This document shows positions 61,689-64,000 of a stretch of DNA of 64,000 bases, piece after piece. The notes below the pieces were generated by a model. It saw only the letters and a list, made by a program, of their open reading frames with translations. It was not told the origin of the DNA and ran no database searches. Both the position numbers and the translations under genes were made by a program. This DNA comes from an uncultured Chloroflexia bacterium (lineage in GTDB: Bacteria > Chloroflexota > Limnocylindria > Limnocylindrales > CSP1-4). How positions within the stretch are numbered: the first letter of the stretch is position 1; the number at the start of each line of letters is the position of its first letter. The stretch is from assembly GCA_963731865.1 (NCBI GenBank), contig CAVSXG010000002.1, positions 874,692 to 938,691 of the forward strand, in the 5' to 3' direction.

Positions 61689-64000
61689 CGGCCGTAGCGA
61701 CTCGCGCGGGTATTCTCAGCCTCGCTCCCGGCGGGTACGGGCCTCATGAGATCGGTAGCGATGTCGACGGCATATGACACCGCCTCGTCGGCGGTCATGG
61801 AGGCGCCCGAGTCCCAGGCTTGCTGCGCATCGCGGTCATCCGTCGGACGTTCGAGCGGCGGCAGACCGAGGCGCTCCACGACGGAGCCGTCCCATGCCAC
61901 ACCGAAGCGGTTGGACAAGGCCACGCCAGCTCCCCGCAAGCGCCAGACCGGTTCCGGGGCGCCAGTCGACTGGGCCGCTGCCGCCGACAGCCCGACGAGC
62001 ATCACGGAGATACCGCTGACGTCACCAGCCTCGTTGAAGACCTGCAAGGCGTCGACGCCATGGCGCATTGCCTCCTGCAGCCGCCCCTCGTAGTAGGCGA
62101 TCTGCCACAGCCCAAAATGCGACCAACCCATTGCGAACTGATTGCCGGCTGCGCGCGCGAGGGCCAGGCTCTCCTCTACTAGCGGGCGGGCATCGTCAAG
62201 ATCGCCGGCTCTGATCCTCGACATCGCCAGCGCTCCGATTGCGTTGGCGAGTCCGCCCTGATCTCCGAGCTGCCTGTACAGGCCGATCGCTTCCTCGAAG
62301 AACGGGCGGCCACCGACTGACAGGCCCGAACTGGCTGATTGGTTGGGCTCCGGCACGTAGCCGAAGTTCGTCAGTGCCTCGGCCAGCAATGCGTGGTCGC
62401 CGGTAGTCCTGGCGAGGTCGAGGGCTTCACGGTAGAGCTCGTGCGCAGCAGGGCCATCCTCGCGCCAATAGGCGATGCCGCCGGCGGCGCTCAGGCCCCT
62501 CGCGCGGACATCGGGCGCTTCGTCTGCCAAGTTGGGCAGCGCCAGCACGCGCTGGACTCGCTCCCAGGCCTCGACTAGGTGGCCGCGCATCTGCCAGAAG
62601 CGCCACATCCCAGCGACGAAGCGCAGCGCATAGCCGACCTCGCCCCGCTCGAGAGCCCAGTCGAGCGCCAGCCTCAGATTGTCGTGGTCCTGCTCCAATC
62701 GATCGAAGAGGAGCTTTCCCTGGGGTCCGAATTGGAGCGGCGCCACTTGCTCCACGAGTGCAAGGTATGTCTCCGCGTGCCGGCGGCGGATCGCCTCCGA
62801 GTCGGATCGGTGTGCAAGTCGATCGGCGGCGTATTCACGGATCGTCGCCAGCATCGCAAACCGCGGCCCCTCGATGGCGCCCGGTACCGGCCGCACGAGG
62901 CTCTTCTCGCTGAGGGAGACCAGACCGTCGAGCACGTCCTCCCCGAGTTCGTCGGACGGGCCACAGATCGGCTCGGCCTCGGCGAGACACGCCGCGCTCG
63001 CGAAGACGCCGAGGCGCTCGAAGAGGTCCCGATCCGCCGGCTCCAGGAGCTCGCAGCTCCAGTCGATCGTGCCACGGAGCGTCTGCTGACGCAGTGGCAT
63101 GTCCCGCGCGCCGCCCGTGAGCATCGCGAGCCTTTGATCGAGCCGATCACGAATAACCTCGACCGACAGCACGCGCAGCCGCGCCGCCGCCAGCTCGATC
63201 GCGAGCGGCAGGCCGTCGAGCCGCCGGACAATGTCGACCACCGCCGGCGCGTTGGCGTTGGTCAGGCTGAAGTCGGGTCGCGCCGCGGTGGCGCGCGCAA
63301 GGAAGAGAGAGACGGCCTCTGACTCCTGCGCCTGCTCGGCCGTGATCGCGTCATCCCGCGGGACGCGGAGCGGCGGGATCGGGAACTCCTGCTCCCCGGA
63401 AATCCGTAGTGGGATGCGGCTGGTCGCGAGAACCTTGAGGCGGCCCGCTTCACGCAAGACGTGAGCAACCGTTGCCGCGCCCTCGATGACCTGCTCGAGG
63501 TTGTCGAGGACCAGCAGGACGGACCGATCTCGCAGGTAGTCGACGACACGCGCCAGCGGCGAGGTGGCGGCCCCCGACGAGTCAGGCAGCCCCAGGGCAC
63601 TCGCGATTGCCGACGGGACGAGCTCGGGATCGCGAACCGCGTCCACCGGCACGAACAAGACGCCGTCGGAGAATTCCTGGCTCAACTCAGCGGCGAGCTG
63701 GAGCGCGAGGCGTGTCTTGCCGGTGCCGCCGGGACCGGTGAGCGTGAGCAGCCGCGTGCCGGCGAGGAGCAGCTTTCCGCGCTCGAGCTCCACGCGACCG
63801 ATGAAACTGGTCAGCTGTCGGGGCAGATTGTCGGCCGTGGACCCGAGCGTGCGCAGCGGCGGGAACTGATCGGGCAGGCCTTCGCCGACGAGCTGGTAGA
63901 GACGCATCGGGTGCGACACGTCTTTCAATCTGTGCTCTCCGACGTCACGGAGCTCGAGCGACGGTAGCCGCGCGTCAGCCATGAGCTCCCGCGTGGCGCC
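61685..64000 (-). CDS. class III cyclase domain (C-terminal end visible)-STAND/AAA NTPase-TPR regulator, 5' end beyond the window
   Basis: LRDVGEHRLKDVSHPMRLYQL (cyclase C-terminal end), LTLTGPGGTGKTRLALQLA (P-loop), LLVLDNLEQV (Walker B), long TPR-like C-terminus. The frame stays open to position 64000. Confidence 0.88.
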   Translation of the reverse strand, partial: GATRELMADARLPSLELRDVGEHRLKDVSHPMRLYQLVGEGLPDQFPPLRTLGSTADNLPRQLTSFIGRVELERGKLLLAGTRLLTLTGPGGTGKTRLALQLAAELSQEFSDGVLFVPVDAVRDPELVPSAIASALGLPDSSGAATSPLARVVDYLRDRSVLLVLDNLEQVIEGAATVAHVLREAGRLKVLATSRIPLRISGEQEFPIPPLRVPRDDAITAEQAQESEAVSLFLARATAARPDFSLTNANAPAVVDIVRRLDGLPLAIELAAARLRVLSVEVIRDRLDQRLAMLTGGARDMPLRQQTLRGTIDWSCELLEPADRDLFERLGVFASAACLAEAEPICGPSDELGEDVLDGLVSLSEKSLVRPVPGAIEGPRFAMLATIREYAADRLAHRSDSEAIRRRHAETYLALVEQVAPLQFGPQGKLLFDRLEQDHDNLRLALDWALERGEVGYALRFVAGMWRFWQMRGHLVEAWERVQRVLALPNLADEAPDVRARGLSAAGGIAYWREDGPAAHELYREALDLARTTGDHALLAEALTNFGYVPEPNQSASSGLSVGGRPFFEEAIGLYRQLGDQGGLANAIGALAMSRIRAGDLDDARPLVEESLALARAAGNQFAMGWSHFGLWQIAYYEGRLQEAMRHGVDALQVFNEAGDVSGISVMLVGLSAAAAQSTGAPEPVWRLRGAGVALSNRFGVAWDGSVVERLGLPPLERPTDDRDAQQAWDSGASMTADEAVSYAVDIATDLMRPVPAGSEAENTRASRYGR

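Overview
GC-rich (about 70% by eye, not computed) bacterial chromosome segment with actinobacterial or Chloroflexi-like gene content; no finer taxonomic call is possible from the sequence alone. I can support about 65 protein-coding loci, one tRNA-Lys(CTT), three strong hairpins or terminators and one candidate leader element. I found no rRNA, CRISPR array, transposase, integrase or phage module, so this looks like core chromosome rather than an accessory island. Content: paired M16 peptidases; CopC plus an unknown polytopic membrane partner; carA-carB; a cupin-adenylate cyclase; an acyl-CoA catabolic cluster (aldehyde dehydrogenase, thiolase, acyl-CoA dehydrogenase, 3-hydroxyacyl-CoA dehydrogenase, MFS, MeaB, B12-binding mutase subunit) with the mutase large subunit about 10 kb away; folE; AlkA-like glycosylase; HDAC-like amidohydrolase; threonine dehydratase; ArsR-thioredoxin; an ABC-2 exporter; a DUF4032 kinase-like protein; GNATs; a cupredoxin; an ECF sigma factor coupled to an MGMT/Ada-zinc fusion protein; transporters; a P-type ATPase; GH16-like and GH144-like proteins; a truncated globin; a Ser/Thr kinase; and a cyclase-STAND-TPR regulator running off the right edge. 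The most striking sequence-level feature is the non-uniform distribution of reading-frame breaks. Clearly homologous genes jump between frames many times in carA/carB (6.8-8.4 kb) and in eight consecutive genes at 28.3-35.6 kb. There are isolated breaks near 9.06, 15.39, 49.5 and 59.5-59.9 kb. Long neighbouring genes (2.6-kb ATPase, 1.5-kb aldehyde dehydrogenase, 3 kb of carB) are intact. I cannot tell consensus indel errors from real pseudogenisation without reads. The best candidate for new biology is the ECF sigma / reversed split-Ada module. The ORF track appears to render GTG/TTG starts as M. Many long Arg/Pro/Gly-rich antisense ORFs in the track are high-GC artefacts.
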